Positions 9,565-18,909 of a DNA stretch of 64,000 nt are shown here, in pieces (position 1 is the first letter of the stretch; the number at the start of each line of letters is the position of its first letter). A model generated the notes under the pieces. It searched no databases, had not been told where the DNA came from, and saw only the letters and a list, made by a program, of their open reading frames with translations. Source of the DNA: an uncultured Bacillota bacterium (lineage in GTDB: Bacteria; Sysuimicrobiota; Sysuimicrobiia; Sysuimicrobiales; Segetimicrobiaceae); contig CAWDRG010000001.1 of the NCBI GenBank assembly GCA_963804645.1, forward strand, positions 96,001 to 160,000, written 5' to 3'. A program made the translations under genes and the position numbers.

Positions 9565-10518
9565 ATGATCCACGCGTTTCTCCTCGCCGCCATAGAGTTC
9601 GCGCGGAACTTTGCGGAAGTCGCACTCGTCGGATTTTTTCTGGCCGGCGTGCTCAACGCCGTGGTCAACAAGCCGGCGCTCGCCCGTCACCTCGGCGGCA
9701 GTGTCGTGCGTGCCAACGCCGTCGCCTCGACCTGGGGGTTTCTGACGCCGCTCTGCTGCTGCTCGGGTGTGCCCACCGCGGTTACCCTCTACCGGTCCGG
9801 CAGCCGTCGGGGACCGGCCTGCGCGTTCCTGATCGCGGTCCCCTGGTTCAATTGGTACGGTCTTACGGCGCTGGTCATCTTCCTGGGCTGGCGCGCGGGG
9901 CTCGCGGTGTCGCTGTCAGCCGTGGGCGTCGCGTTCATCACGGGCGCGGTCATCGATACGCTCGATGCGCGCTGGCCGGCGCCCGTTCGCACGCTCGCGC
10001 CCCACGGACACCACCCGCTGCACGGCGCGGCCCTGGCACATCGCTGCGGCGGTGAGCCGGACCCCGCCCTCGATCCGGGCGGCCCGCTGCTCGACCTCTC
10101 GAACCCGTGGGAGAAAGCGGTCGCAGGTGTCCGATTCGCACTGCAATTGGCCGCAGAGATCGCGCCCTGGATCGCGGCCGGCATCCTGCTCGGCGCGGCC
10201 GCGGAAACGTTCATTCCGTCCGGCTTTCTCTCCGGGCCGCTCGGGAAGACCAGCGTCGCGGGGCTGCTCGTCGCGGTCGCGGTGGCCGGCGTGTCGTACA
10301 CGGAAAGCCTGGCCTCCCTGCCTTGGGTGCGCGCCCTGCTCAATAAGGGCGCCGGCATCGGCAGCGGAATGGTGCTGCTCGTGGGAGGCGTGGCCACCAA
10401 TCTGTCAACGCTCGGGCCGATCGCCCGCGTGATGGGCGCGCGCACGGCCATCGTCTACGCGACGAGCGTCGTCCTTCTTGCCACCGCGCTCGGGTACTGG
10501 CTGAACCAATTCCTGTAA
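9565..10518 (+). CDS. ArsP/DUF318-like permease
   Basis: Two repeated TM halves, TPLCCCSGVP motif and His-rich central loop (HGHHPLH). Confidence 0.75.
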   Translation: MIHAFLLAAIEFARNFAEVALVGFFLAGVLNAVVNKPALARHLGGSVVRANAVASTWGFLTPLCCCSGVPTAVTLYRSGSRRGPACAFLIAVPWFNWYGLTALVIFLGWRAGLAVSLSAVGVAFITGAVIDTLDARWPAPVRTLAPHGHHPLHGAALAHRCGGEPDPALDPGGPLLDLSNPWEKAVAGVRFALQLAAEIAPWIAAGILLGAAAETFIPSGFLSGPLGKTSVAGLLVAVAVAGVSYTESLASLPWVRALLNKGAGIGSGMVLLVGGVATNLSTLGPIARVMGARTAIVYATSVVLLATALGYWLNQFL

Positions 10519-10652
10519 GATCCGCCGTCCCGTAACCCGCACGCCACCCCGCACACCCCAGGACCTACAGGCATCATCGGCCCGACAGGGGCCTCGCGCC
10601 GCCCACACCCGGGGCTCGCGCACCAATGCGCACGGGTTTAACGCGCCGTTGC

Positions 10653-10682
10653 TTGACAATCCCCTCCGGAGCATGCTAGCGT
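10653..10682 (+). promoter_or_regulatory. Sigma70-type promoter of the porin-znu operon
   Basis: TTGACA (10653-10658), 18-nt spacer, TGnTAGCGT extended -10 (hexamer 10677-10682). Confidence 0.6.
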
Positions 10683-10692
10683 AACGAACTAG

Positions 10693-10715
10693 TAGTTGTA
10701 AGTAATTTACAATTA
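10693..10715. promoter_or_regulatory. Fur/Zur-type operator
   Basis: AT-rich palindrome TAGTTGTAAGT-A-ATTTACAATTA (9 of 11 arm pairs match; 7-1-7 core) just downstream of the promoter of an operon ending in a Fur-family gene. Confidence 0.7.
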
Positions 10716-10781
10716 GAGATCGCTGTCGTCTAAGGCGCTGTGTGCAATCATCCTGGCGATGAGTGGACGGGGGGGCGCTTG

Positions 10782-12731
10782 GTGAGGGCATGCGTTCGAT
10801 GGATCGTGCTCGGGCTACTTCTGATTGCGTGGAACGTCCCGGCGATTGCGCAGCCATTTAGGGACTCGTCCGCCGTGCCGGCATGGGCCTACGCCGCCGT
10901 GGAGGAGCTCGCGGCGGCGGGCTTGGTGCAGGGCTATCCCGATGGGACGTTTCGCGGCGACCGCGCGATGACCAGGGACGAAATGGCCGTGATCGTGGCC
11001 CGCGTCCTCGCAAAAGTCGAGACCATCGAAAGTCAATTGCCCGCCCCGCAGCGCCCGCAGGCGGGGCCCCGTGCGGGGACGCCGCCCCCTCCCCCGGGGC
11101 CGCAGGTGACGCAGGCGGATATCGACCTGCTCCTCCGGCTAGTCAACGAACTGCAGGATGAACTCGCGGACCTTGCCATACGCGTGCCCGCGGCCGAACA
11201 GGAACTACGGGCCATCGCACCGAGCATCGACCACGTACGGGTAACGGGCACGATGCGATTCCGTGAAAGCGTGGCCCGGAGCACCCAGGGCGCGGTGGGC
11301 GCGGGCAGCCCCACGGGCATAAACGGCAATCCCTTGACCACCGACCAGAGCTCCGAGACCGCCCCACTCGTGAACGGCACGCAGTACGAGTTCAAGCTCA
11401 ACTTCGACGGCGCCGTGGTGGCCCAAACCGGGCCGATCACCGTCGCCACCGGATTACCATTTATCGCCAACAATCTGCACTTCATCGCGGCAGTCATGAC
11501 GCAAGGGGACAACTTGCAGGTCTTCAACAGCGGCAACAGCGGCACCGCGACCAACCCGCCCGCGTTCGGCAGCCAACCCGCCAACGCCGCGTTCGGGAAC
11601 GGCGCGTTCGGCAGCCTCGACAGCGCGTTCCTCGACTGGACGCGCCAGTGGGGCACCTCGGTCGCGCCGAAGACGCTCGAGACGTGGCTCGGACGGTTCG
11701 GCGCCAACCCGCAGCCCAACTGCATGGCCGACTGCTACCCGGTCCAGTTCGGCCCCTTCGGGCTGTTGATGAACGACACCGGGGCCACCTGGAGCGACTC
11801 CACCGCCGACAGCGGCGTAAACGTCATGGACGGCCTGCGGGTCGCCCTGCATCTGCCCGACGCGCTGGACCTGCAAGCCCAGGCCCTGATCACGCGCGTG
11901 CAAGGAGCCACCGGGAGTACCACCGACGAGCCCGGCGTGCCCCTCCCGAGCGACGCGTATATCTTTGGGGAAGACGCCTACGGCTTCGACGTCAACATCC
12001 AGGCCAACTACTGGACCCGGATCGGCGTCTACTACGTGGGGAACACGATCACGGCCGCGAACAGCACTCCCGGGCCCGGGGGCTTCGGCAACGCCGGGCA
12101 GTGGCACGTGTACGGACCGGGCGGCGGCTCGATGAACCCCGGCAACCTGAACACGCTCACCTCCGGGAGCTACCACTGCGCCTCGGTGGCGGGCACGGGG
12201 ATCACGTGCCCGGCGGCCGGGAACGGCTGGGGCGCGTACCTCGACTCGGATATCCTCCGCTACGTCCACCTGGACGGGGAGTATGCGGAGTGGAACGACG
12301 CGGTGTTCGGCACGAGCGACAGCGGCTATCAGCTCAACGTGATCTGGGACCTCGGAGACATGACGAAAATCAATCCTCCAGACAACTACAACTGGAGCCT
12401 GCAGACAGGCTACCTGAACTACGGGCAGAACTTCTACCCGCCGTACGGCTCGGCCGAGGCCGACGCGCCGATGAACGACACGATTTACCCGGGGAACGCC
12501 CAAGGGATCACGGCGACCATGAGTATCCAACCCACGCAGAAGCTGACGTTGTACGCGACCTACTTCGGCGGCGAGAACCAGTCCAACGGCCAGCCGATCG
12601 CCGAGGGGGAGATCGGCTTCCAGTACGCCTTCTCCACCCAAGCGCAGTTTTGGGTCCTCGCGCGGTCGCTCAACATCAATGGGGTCAACCAGCTGCAGTT
12701 GTACCGCGCGCAGATCGACTACTACTTCTGA
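10782..12731 (+). CDS. SLH-domain outer-membrane porin (OmpM/SlpA/cyanobacterial porin-like)
   Basis: Signal peptide, SLH domain (WAYAAVEELAAAGLVQGYPDGTFRGDRAMTRDEMA), coiled-coil stalk, beta-rich C-terminal region ending YRAQIDYYF (beta-signal-like). Confidence 0.8.
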   Translation: MRACVRWIVLGLLLIAWNVPAIAQPFRDSSAVPAWAYAAVEELAAAGLVQGYPDGTFRGDRAMTRDEMAVIVARVLAKVETIESQLPAPQRPQAGPRAGTPPPPPGPQVTQADIDLLLRLVNELQDELADLAIRVPAAEQELRAIAPSIDHVRVTGTMRFRESVARSTQGAVGAGSPTGINGNPLTTDQSSETAPLVNGTQYEFKLNFDGAVVAQTGPITVATGLPFIANNLHFIAAVMTQGDNLQVFNSGNSGTATNPPAFGSQPANAAFGNGAFGSLDSAFLDWTRQWGTSVAPKTLETWLGRFGANPQPNCMADCYPVQFGPFGLLMNDTGATWSDSTADSGVNVMDGLRVALHLPDALDLQAQALITRVQGATGSTTDEPGVPLPSDAYIFGEDAYGFDVNIQANYWTRIGVYYVGNTITAANSTPGPGGFGNAGQWHVYGPGGGSMNPGNLNTLTSGSYHCASVAGTGITCPAAGNGWGAYLDSDILRYVHLDGEYAEWNDAVFGTSDSGYQLNVIWDLGDMTKINPPDNYNWSLQTGYLNYGQNFYPPYGSAEADAPMNDTIYPGNAQGITATMSIQPTQKLTLYATYFGGENQSNGQPIAEGEIGFQYAFSTQAQFWVLARSLNINGVNQLQLYRAQIDYYF

Positions 12732-12794
12732 ACGACCGGGCGGCCAGCCCCGCACCGCGCCGTACGCGGCGCGAGAGAGGGAGCGTGATCGACG

Positions 12795-13709
12795 ATGAGA
12801 GGACGAACACAGACGACCGCGATCATCGTGGCGGCGTTCGTAGCCGTGTGGCTGGCGTCCGCGGGGGTCCGCGGCGGCGCGGCCGCGGCCGCGCCGCCCG
12901 CCGCCAAGCCGGTCATCGTCGCGGGGGAAAACTTCTACGGCGACGTGACGTCCCAGATCGCCGGAAACCACGTGACGGTCATCAGCATCATCAGCGACCC
13001 GAACGCCGACCCGCACGAGTACGAGAGTAGCGCGAACGACGCGGGGGAAATCGCGCGCGCCAGCCTGGTGATCATGAACGGCCTGGGGTATGATGACTTC
13101 GTGCCGCGGATGATGAACGCCTCGCCGAATCCGACCCGGAAGGTCATCAACGTCCAGTTGCTGATGGGGCACAAGACCGGCGACAACGTGCACCTCTGGT
13201 ACGATCCGGCGACGATGCCCAAGGTGGCGCAGACGATCACCGACGATCTGGTCCAGATCGATCCGGCCAACGCGCAGTACTACCACGACTGGCTCGGTCA
13301 GTTCCTGACGTCGCTCGGCCCGCTGCATCAGAAGATCGCGGAGATGCACGCCAAGTACGGGGGGGTGCCGGTCGCGTTCACGGAGCCCGTCTTTGGCTAC
13401 ATGGCCGAGGCAATCGGGTTCAACGTGCTCACGCCGGAACCATTTGTCAAAGCGATCGAAGACGGCACCGAGCCGCCGGCCTCGGCGATCGCGCAGAACG
13501 ATGATCAGTACCGGACCCACCAGATCAAGATCCTGCTCTACAACGTGCAGACCGTCACCCCGATCACGACGAACGTGCAGAAGCGCGCCAAGGAGCTCGG
13601 CATCCCGGTGGTCGGGGTCTCGGAAACCGAGCCGATCGGCCAGAGCTTCCAGCAGTGGCAGCTCACCCAGCTGAACGAGATCGACGCGGCGCTCAGCGGA
13701 GTGAAGTGA
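12795..13709 (+). CDS. Zn/Mn ABC transporter substrate-binding protein (ZnuA-like)
   Basis: DPHEYE, NGLGYD and NVHLWYDP motifs of cluster A-I binding proteins. Confidence 0.92.
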   Translation: MRGRTQTTAIIVAAFVAVWLASAGVRGGAAAAAPPAAKPVIVAGENFYGDVTSQIAGNHVTVISIISDPNADPHEYESSANDAGEIARASLVIMNGLGYDDFVPRMMNASPNPTRKVINVQLLMGHKTGDNVHLWYDPATMPKVAQTITDDLVQIDPANAQYYHDWLGQFLTSLGPLHQKIAEMHAKYGGVPVAFTEPVFGYMAEAIGFNVLTPEPFVKAIEDGTEPPASAIAQNDDQYRTHQIKILLYNVQTVTPITTNVQKRAKELGIPVVGVSETEPIGQSFQQWQLTQLNEIDAALSGVK

Positions 13710-14524
13710 GCGTGGGGCAGACCGCCGCGGTCGGGTTGGAGCACGCGACCGTCCATGCCGGAGGGCGGCCGATCTGGACCGACCTGTCCTTCACGATGAA
13801 CGCCGGCGAGTTCGTCGCGGTGATGGGGCCGAACGGCGCGGGCAAGACGACGCTGCTGCGGGTCCTCCTTGGGCTGCAGCGCCTCGAGTCCGGCACCGCG
13901 CTGGTCTCGGGCCAGCCCCCGCGCCCGGGCAACCCCGCGATCGGCTACGTCCCGCAGCACCGGGGGTTCGATCCGGACCTGGCCGTGCGCGCCCGGGACC
14001 TCGTTGCGTGGGGGCTCGACGGCCACCGCTGGGGTGTCGCACTGCGGCGCGGCGCGACAACGCGGCGGGTCGATGAGATGCTGGACCTCGTCGGAGCCCG
14101 CACGTATGCCGATGCGCCCGTCGGCCAGTTGTCGGGAGGAGAGCAGCAGCGGGTCCGGGTCGCCCAGGCGCTGATCGGCGACCCCGATCTGCTGCTGTGC
14201 GACGAGCCGCTCCACAGCCTCGATCTCCACTATCAGCAGCGGATCGTCGAGCTGATCGCCGACTGGAACCGCCGGCGGGGCGCCACCGTACTGTTCGTCA
14301 CGCACGACATCAACCCGGTCCTCACCGAGGTCAACCGCGTGCTGCTCCTCGCGGGCGCCCGATGGACGGCGGGCACGCCGGCCGAAGTGCTGACCTCGGA
14401 GACGCTGACGCGGCTGTACGGCACGCCGGTCGACGTGCTGCAGCACCGCGGGCGGGTCGTGATTCTGGGGGCCGACTTGGGCAGCCACGCGGCCCTGCCC
14501 GACTACGCGCCGGTGCCCGAATGA
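13706..14524 (+). CDS. Zn/Mn ABC transporter ATPase (ZnuC-like)
   Basis: GPNGAGKTT, IGYVPQ, LSGGEQQR, LLCDEP and VTHD. Confidence 0.93.
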   Translation: MSVGQTAAVGLEHATVHAGGRPIWTDLSFTMNAGEFVAVMGPNGAGKTTLLRVLLGLQRLESGTALVSGQPPRPGNPAIGYVPQHRGFDPDLAVRARDLVAWGLDGHRWGVALRRGATTRRVDEMLDLVGARTYADAPVGQLSGGEQQRVRVAQALIGDPDLLLCDEPLHSLDLHYQQRIVELIADWNRRRGATVLFVTHDINPVLTEVNRVLLLAGARWTAGTPAEVLTSETLTRLYGTPVDVLQHRGRVVILGADLGSHAALPDYAPVPE

Positions 14525-15402
14525 ACACGGACCTGTGGCAGTACCCGTTTGTGCACCAGGCCCTCATGGCGGGCGTGATCACCGCGATCATGACGGGCGT
14601 GGTCGGTCCGTTCGTGGTGATGCGCAACATGGGGTTCGCGGTCCACGGGCTCGCGGAAGTCGGGTTCACCGGGGCGGCCGGCGCGGTGCTGGCCGACGCC
14701 TCGCCGGAGGTCGGCGTCCTCGTCGCCGCCCTGGTGACGGCGCTCGCGATCGGCGTCCTCGGCGTGCGCCTGCGTGAGCGCGACATCGCGATCGGAGCGG
14801 TCCTCGCATTCGGGCTCGGGCTCGGCGTCCTGTTCCTGACCCTCTATACCCGGTACGCGACCGAGGCGTTCAGCATCCTGTTCGGGACGATCCTGGCCGT
14901 GAGCCTCGGCGACGTGGTCCGGTCCGCGGTCGTGGCGGTCGTGGCGCTCGCGGCCCTCGCCGTGATCTATCGCCCGCTCAGGTTCGCGAGCGTCGATCCT
15001 GAGGTCGCGGCGGCCCGCGGCGTACCGATCGGCCTCCTGTCGGCCGTGTTTTTGGTGATCCTGGCGCTCGCGGTCACGGAGGCTGTCGAGGTGGTGGGCG
15101 TCCTCCTGATCGTGACGCTCCTGATCACCCCGGCCGGGGCGGCGCAGCGCCTCACCGCCAACCCCGCGGTGGCGACGCTGCTGAGCGTCGTGATCTGCCT
15201 GGTGGTCACGCTCGGCGGCATCACGGCGGCGATTTACACGTCGTGGCCGGTCAGCTTTTTCGTCGCCACCTTCAGCTTTGCGATCTACCTGGGCGCGCGC
15301 CTCGTCGGGCCTCGGCTTCGAGCGCCCAGGGCACTCCCGGCGTCCGCCCCCACCCTGTCGGCGCGCGTGCCAGACCACGACACTGGCGCCCATCGACACT
15401 GA
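14521..15402 (+). CDS. Zn/Mn ABC transporter permease (ZnuB-like)
   Basis: ABC-3 permease pattern (GPFVVMRNMGFAVHGLAE, LFGTILAV, VGVLLIVTLLITPAGAA). Confidence 0.92.
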   Translation: MNTDLWQYPFVHQALMAGVITAIMTGVVGPFVVMRNMGFAVHGLAEVGFTGAAGAVLADASPEVGVLVAALVTALAIGVLGVRLRERDIAIGAVLAFGLGLGVLFLTLYTRYATEAFSILFGTILAVSLGDVVRSAVVAVVALAALAVIYRPLRFASVDPEVAAARGVPIGLLSAVFLVILALAVTEAVEVVGVLLIVTLLITPAGAAQRLTANPAVATLLSVVICLVVTLGGITAAIYTSWPVSFFVATFSFAIYLGARLVGPRLRAPRALPASAPTLSARVPDHDTGAHRH

Positions 15403-15410
15403 CGGACCCC

Positions 15411-15866
15411 GTGCCCACGCGCGCCCGCCACGCGGACCCACGGGACGCCAAGCACCTGGCGACGCTGCACCGGAGTACACTGCGCGTCACGCCGCAGCGC
15501 ATCGCCATCCTGCGCGCGCTCGCGGCCGGCCCGCACGTTGCGACCTGCCACGAAATCTGGGAGCGCGCGCGCGCCGGCACGGCGGGGCTTGGACAGGTAA
15601 CGGTGTACCGCATTCTGGAGCGCTTTGAGGCCGCCGGGATCGTCGAGCGCCTCGACGTGAACGGAACCTCCCGGTTCGGCCTTGCCACCCGCCACCACGA
15701 CCACACGATCTGCGAGCAGTGCGGTGCGGTGAACGCCACGGATGCGTGTCTTCTCGAGGCGCTCGCCGGCGTCTCCCGCGGCCCGCAGGGGTTCCTCGTC
15801 AAGCGCCATCGGGTCGACCTCATCGGCCTGTGCGGCGTGTGCCAGCGCGCCGAACGCACCCCGTAG
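15411..15866 (+). CDS. Fur-family transcriptional repressor (probable Zur)
   Basis: LRVTPQRIAIL, TVYRIL and HHDHTICEQCG...GLCGVC; last gene of the znu-like operon. Confidence 0.88.
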   Translation: MPTRARHADPRDAKHLATLHRSTLRVTPQRIAILRALAAGPHVATCHEIWERARAGTAGLGQVTVYRILERFEAAGIVERLDVNGTSRFGLATRHHDHTICEQCGAVNATDACLLEALAGVSRGPQGFLVKRHRVDLIGLCGVCQRAERTP

Positions 15867-16026
15867 CGCCGCGAGGATCCGCAGACGGGCAGCGTGAAGT
15901 CCACGGGGGCCCGCGCAACGATTTCACGCTCGTCCGAACGGCAGGCTCGGGTGAACCTGGACCGGTGTCGATCGAGACCGCGGTCCCGGCGCGCTGTGCG
16001 GGCGGCGCACCGAACGGGAGGTGGGC

Positions 16027-16839
16027 ATGGAGCCGACTGAGCGGGGCGGGCCGGACGCGGCGCAACAGGAACGTGTGGTGCCGCCGGCCGTGACACACGA
16101 TTTCCTCAATCCCGCCCGTGAGTGGCGGCGGATCTTCGCGGAAGCCTGGGGCACGTTTCTGCTGGTGCTGGTCGCCGCCGGCGCCCACGTCGTTGCGGCC
16201 GTGAGCGGCGGCCGGGTGACCCTCGGCATGATCGTGGTGGCACCCGGACTCATGGTAATGGCGATCATCTACTTCATGGGTGCCGTGAGCGGAGCGCATT
16301 TGAATCCGGCTGTCACGCTGGCGTTTGCGGTGCGGCGCAACTTCCCTTGGAAGAGAGTCCCGGGCTACATCGTCGGACAAGTGATCGGAGGCATCGGTGC
16401 CGCGCTGTTCCTGCGGAGCATGTTCGGGACGGCCGGCGCGCTCGGTGCGACGGTGCCGGGCGCGGGGTTCACCAGCGGGACGGCCCTGGCGGTGGAGGTG
16501 GTGCTGACGGCGGGGCTGGTCAACACGGTCCTGGGCACGGCCTCCGGCGCGCGGAACATCGGCACAAACGGCGCCATCGCCGTGGGCGGGTATATTGCGC
16601 TGGCAGGACTGTGGGCGGAGCCGGTGAGCGGCGCCTCCATGAACCCCGTGCGTTCGCTCGCGCCGGATCTCGCGCGCGGCGACCTCCAGACGACCTGGAT
16701 CTACGTCGTCGGGCCAGGACTGGGCGCCTTGATCGGCGTGGCCTTCGAGTGGATCCTCAAAGGCAGGCCCACCGCAGCGGGGCGCATCGCCGCGGAGGGA
16801 ACGCTTGATGTTGACGATCAGGCCGCGCCGGATGCGTGA
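16027..16839 (+). CDS. MIP family channel (aquaporin)
   Basis: SGAHLNPAVT and GASMNPVRS (NPA/NPV) motifs. Confidence 0.93.
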   Translation: MEPTERGGPDAAQQERVVPPAVTHDFLNPAREWRRIFAEAWGTFLLVLVAAGAHVVAAVSGGRVTLGMIVVAPGLMVMAIIYFMGAVSGAHLNPAVTLAFAVRRNFPWKRVPGYIVGQVIGGIGAALFLRSMFGTAGALGATVPGAGFTSGTALAVEVVLTAGLVNTVLGTASGARNIGTNGAIAVGGYIALAGLWAEPVSGASMNPVRSLAPDLARGDLQTTWIYVVGPGLGALIGVAFEWILKGRPTAAGRIAAEGTLDVDDQAAPDA

Positions 16840-17066
16840 GCCCCGCGACGGGGCCGCGGTCCGGCCAGCCGAGCGGTCGTCGAACCCGCCGAGACGCTCA
16901 GAACCACGGGCACCACAGCGAACGCGGCCCGTACCGCCCTGTCCGTCCGGCCAGGACGGCGGCCTGGCCGGACGTCACGTCGGCGCCCCCGTCCTCCGCA
17001 CGGCGCGCGGATCCGCGCAAGACGCGATACTCGATGCGCGGGGAAAGTTCCTGAGGAGGCGCACCA

Positions 17067-17810
17067 ATGCTCTTGCGTGAGTCGGTCGTCCTGATCACCG
17101 GCGCGTCGCGTGGGCTCGGCCTGGAGGTCGCGCGCGCCTACGCACGGCGCGGGGCCCGCTTGATTATCACGGCGCGCGACCGCGCCGCGCTGACCGGCGC
17201 CGCACGCACGCTCGGTGCGGAGACGGACGCCGGCTCCATCGTCGCACTCCCGGGCAACGTCGCCGATCCCGATCACAGCGCTGCGCTCGTCCGCGCGGGA
17301 GTCGAGCGGTTCGGCCGCATCGACGTCCTCGTCAACAACGCGTCGACCTTGGGGCCGAGCCCGCTTCCGCCTCTCGACGCGCTGTCGACGGATGCGCTGC
17401 TGGACATTCTCCGCACCAACGTCGCGGCGCCGCAGGCGCTGATCCGGGCGGTCCTACCGGGCATGAAGGCGAGGCGGTCCGGCGTCATCATTAACGTGAC
17501 CTCGGACGCCGGCGTCGAGGCGTATCCGACCTGGGGCGGGTACGGCATCAGCAAGGCGGCGCTCGAGCAACTCTCGCGGGTGCTGGCCGCGGAACTTGAG
17601 GGGAGCGGCATCCGCGTCTATGTCGTCGATCCCGGTGACATGCGCACGCGCATGCACGAGGAGGCGGAGCCCGGCGTCGACTTGTCCCACCTCCCTCCGC
17701 CGTCCGTGTCGGCGCCCGCGTTCGTCACCCTGGTCGAGAACGAGACCGCGGCGTTCGGACGGTTTCACGCGCAGCGGATGACCGCCGTAGCCGGGAGCCC
17801 GCGACCGTGA
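17067..17810 (+). CDS. SDR family oxidoreductase
   Basis: TGASRGLG, NNAS and YGISK; GAGGAGG RBS. Confidence 0.93.
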   Translation: MLLRESVVLITGASRGLGLEVARAYARRGARLIITARDRAALTGAARTLGAETDAGSIVALPGNVADPDHSAALVRAGVERFGRIDVLVNNASTLGPSPLPPLDALSTDALLDILRTNVAAPQALIRAVLPGMKARRSGVIINVTSDAGVEAYPTWGGYGISKAALEQLSRVLAAELEGSGIRVYVVDPGDMRTRMHEEAEPGVDLSHLPPPSVSAPAFVTLVENETAAFGRFHAQRMTAVAGSPRP

Positions 17811-18877
17811 CCGCGACCGCCTCAGCAGTGGCGAGATGCCCGGCGTGTGGGGAGACGCGGCGACGGGTGCCGGCCGGCCCGCTCGAGTTCACGCTGCCGC
17901 CCGAACTGGAGGCGCGCGTCCCGCCGGAGGCCCGCGGCCTGCGACGGGACGAGGTCCGGCTCTTGGTGACCGACCGGGCCACGGACCGGATCGCGCACGC
18001 GACGTTTGCGGCGCTGCCGGAGTTCCTCGCGCCCGACGATCTGCTCGTCGTGAACGACTCCGCAACGCTGCCCGCCGCGCTGTTGGCGCGGCGGACCGCC
18101 GGTCAGGCGGTGCCGCTGCACCTCTCCACCCACCTGCCCAGCGGCCTGTGGGTCGTCGAGCCGCGTGGGATCCGGGTCGAGCCGGACGAGCGTCTGTGGC
18201 TGCCCGCGGGCGGATCCGCCCGGCTCGTGACCGGTTACCGCGGCTCGACACGTCTGTGGATCGCGAGCCTCGACCTGCCCGAGGCGCCGCTTGCGTACCT
18301 GGCGCACCACGGCCGGCCGATCGCCTACCCCTATGCGCGCGGCGAGTGGCCGCTCGAGACGTACCAGACGGTGTACGCGCGGGTCCCGGGGTCGGCCGAG
18401 ATGCCCTCGGCGGGACGGGCGTTCACGGCCGAGGTGCTCGCACGCGCGGCCGCACGCGGGATCGGCTTCGCGCGGCTGACGCTGCATGCCGGGGTGGCCA
18501 GCCCGGAGCGCGACGAGCCCCCGATCGAAGAGTGGTACGGGGTGCCGGCGGACACGGCGCACGCCGTCTCGGCCGCACGCCGCCGGGGCGGCCGGATCGT
18601 CGCGGTCGGCACGACCGTCGTCCGCGCGCTCGAGAGCGCGTGGAATCCGGCGGGCCGGGTGGTCGCCTCCGAGGGCTGGACCGATCTCATCGTCACGCCC
18701 GAGCGTCCCGTCCGGACGGCGGACATGCTGCTGACGGGGTTCCACGAGCCGCGCGCGTCACATCTGGCGCTGTTGGAGGCGTTCGCGGGGCGCCCGCATC
18801 TCGCCCTGGCCTATCGGGCAGCGCTCGACGCCGGCTATCTCTGGCACGAGTTCGGGGACCTGCACCTCATCCGCTGA
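17807..18877 (+). CDS. QueA-like protein (SAM:tRNA ribosyltransferase-isomerase family)
   Basis: DLLVVNDS, YQTVYA..PGSAEMPSAG, AVGTTVVRALES, LLTGFHEP and YLWHEFGD. Diverges from canonical QueA (AAPTAGLHF, TNFHLP, YRFYSYGD). Confidence 0.85.
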   Translation: MTATASAVARCPACGETRRRVPAGPLEFTLPPELEARVPPEARGLRRDEVRLLVTDRATDRIAHATFAALPEFLAPDDLLVVNDSATLPAALLARRTAGQAVPLHLSTHLPSGLWVVEPRGIRVEPDERLWLPAGGSARLVTGYRGSTRLWIASLDLPEAPLAYLAHHGRPIAYPYARGEWPLETYQTVYARVPGSAEMPSAGRAFTAEVLARAAARGIGFARLTLHAGVASPERDEPPIEEWYGVPADTAHAVSAARRRGGRIVAVGTTVVRALESAWNPAGRVVASEGWTDLIVTPERPVRTADMLLTGFHEPRASHLALLEAFAGRPHLALAYRAALDAGYLWHEFGDLHLIR

Positions 18878-18909
18878 CCGGCGGCGCCCAACGGCTCCGC
18901 GCGCGTCGG

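Noticed and set aside
16840..17066. SAH/preQ1 riboswitch upstream of the SDR-QueA-like pair
   Set aside because: Only a GC-rich hairpin and a CTGAGGAG that doubles as the RBS; consensus elements are missing
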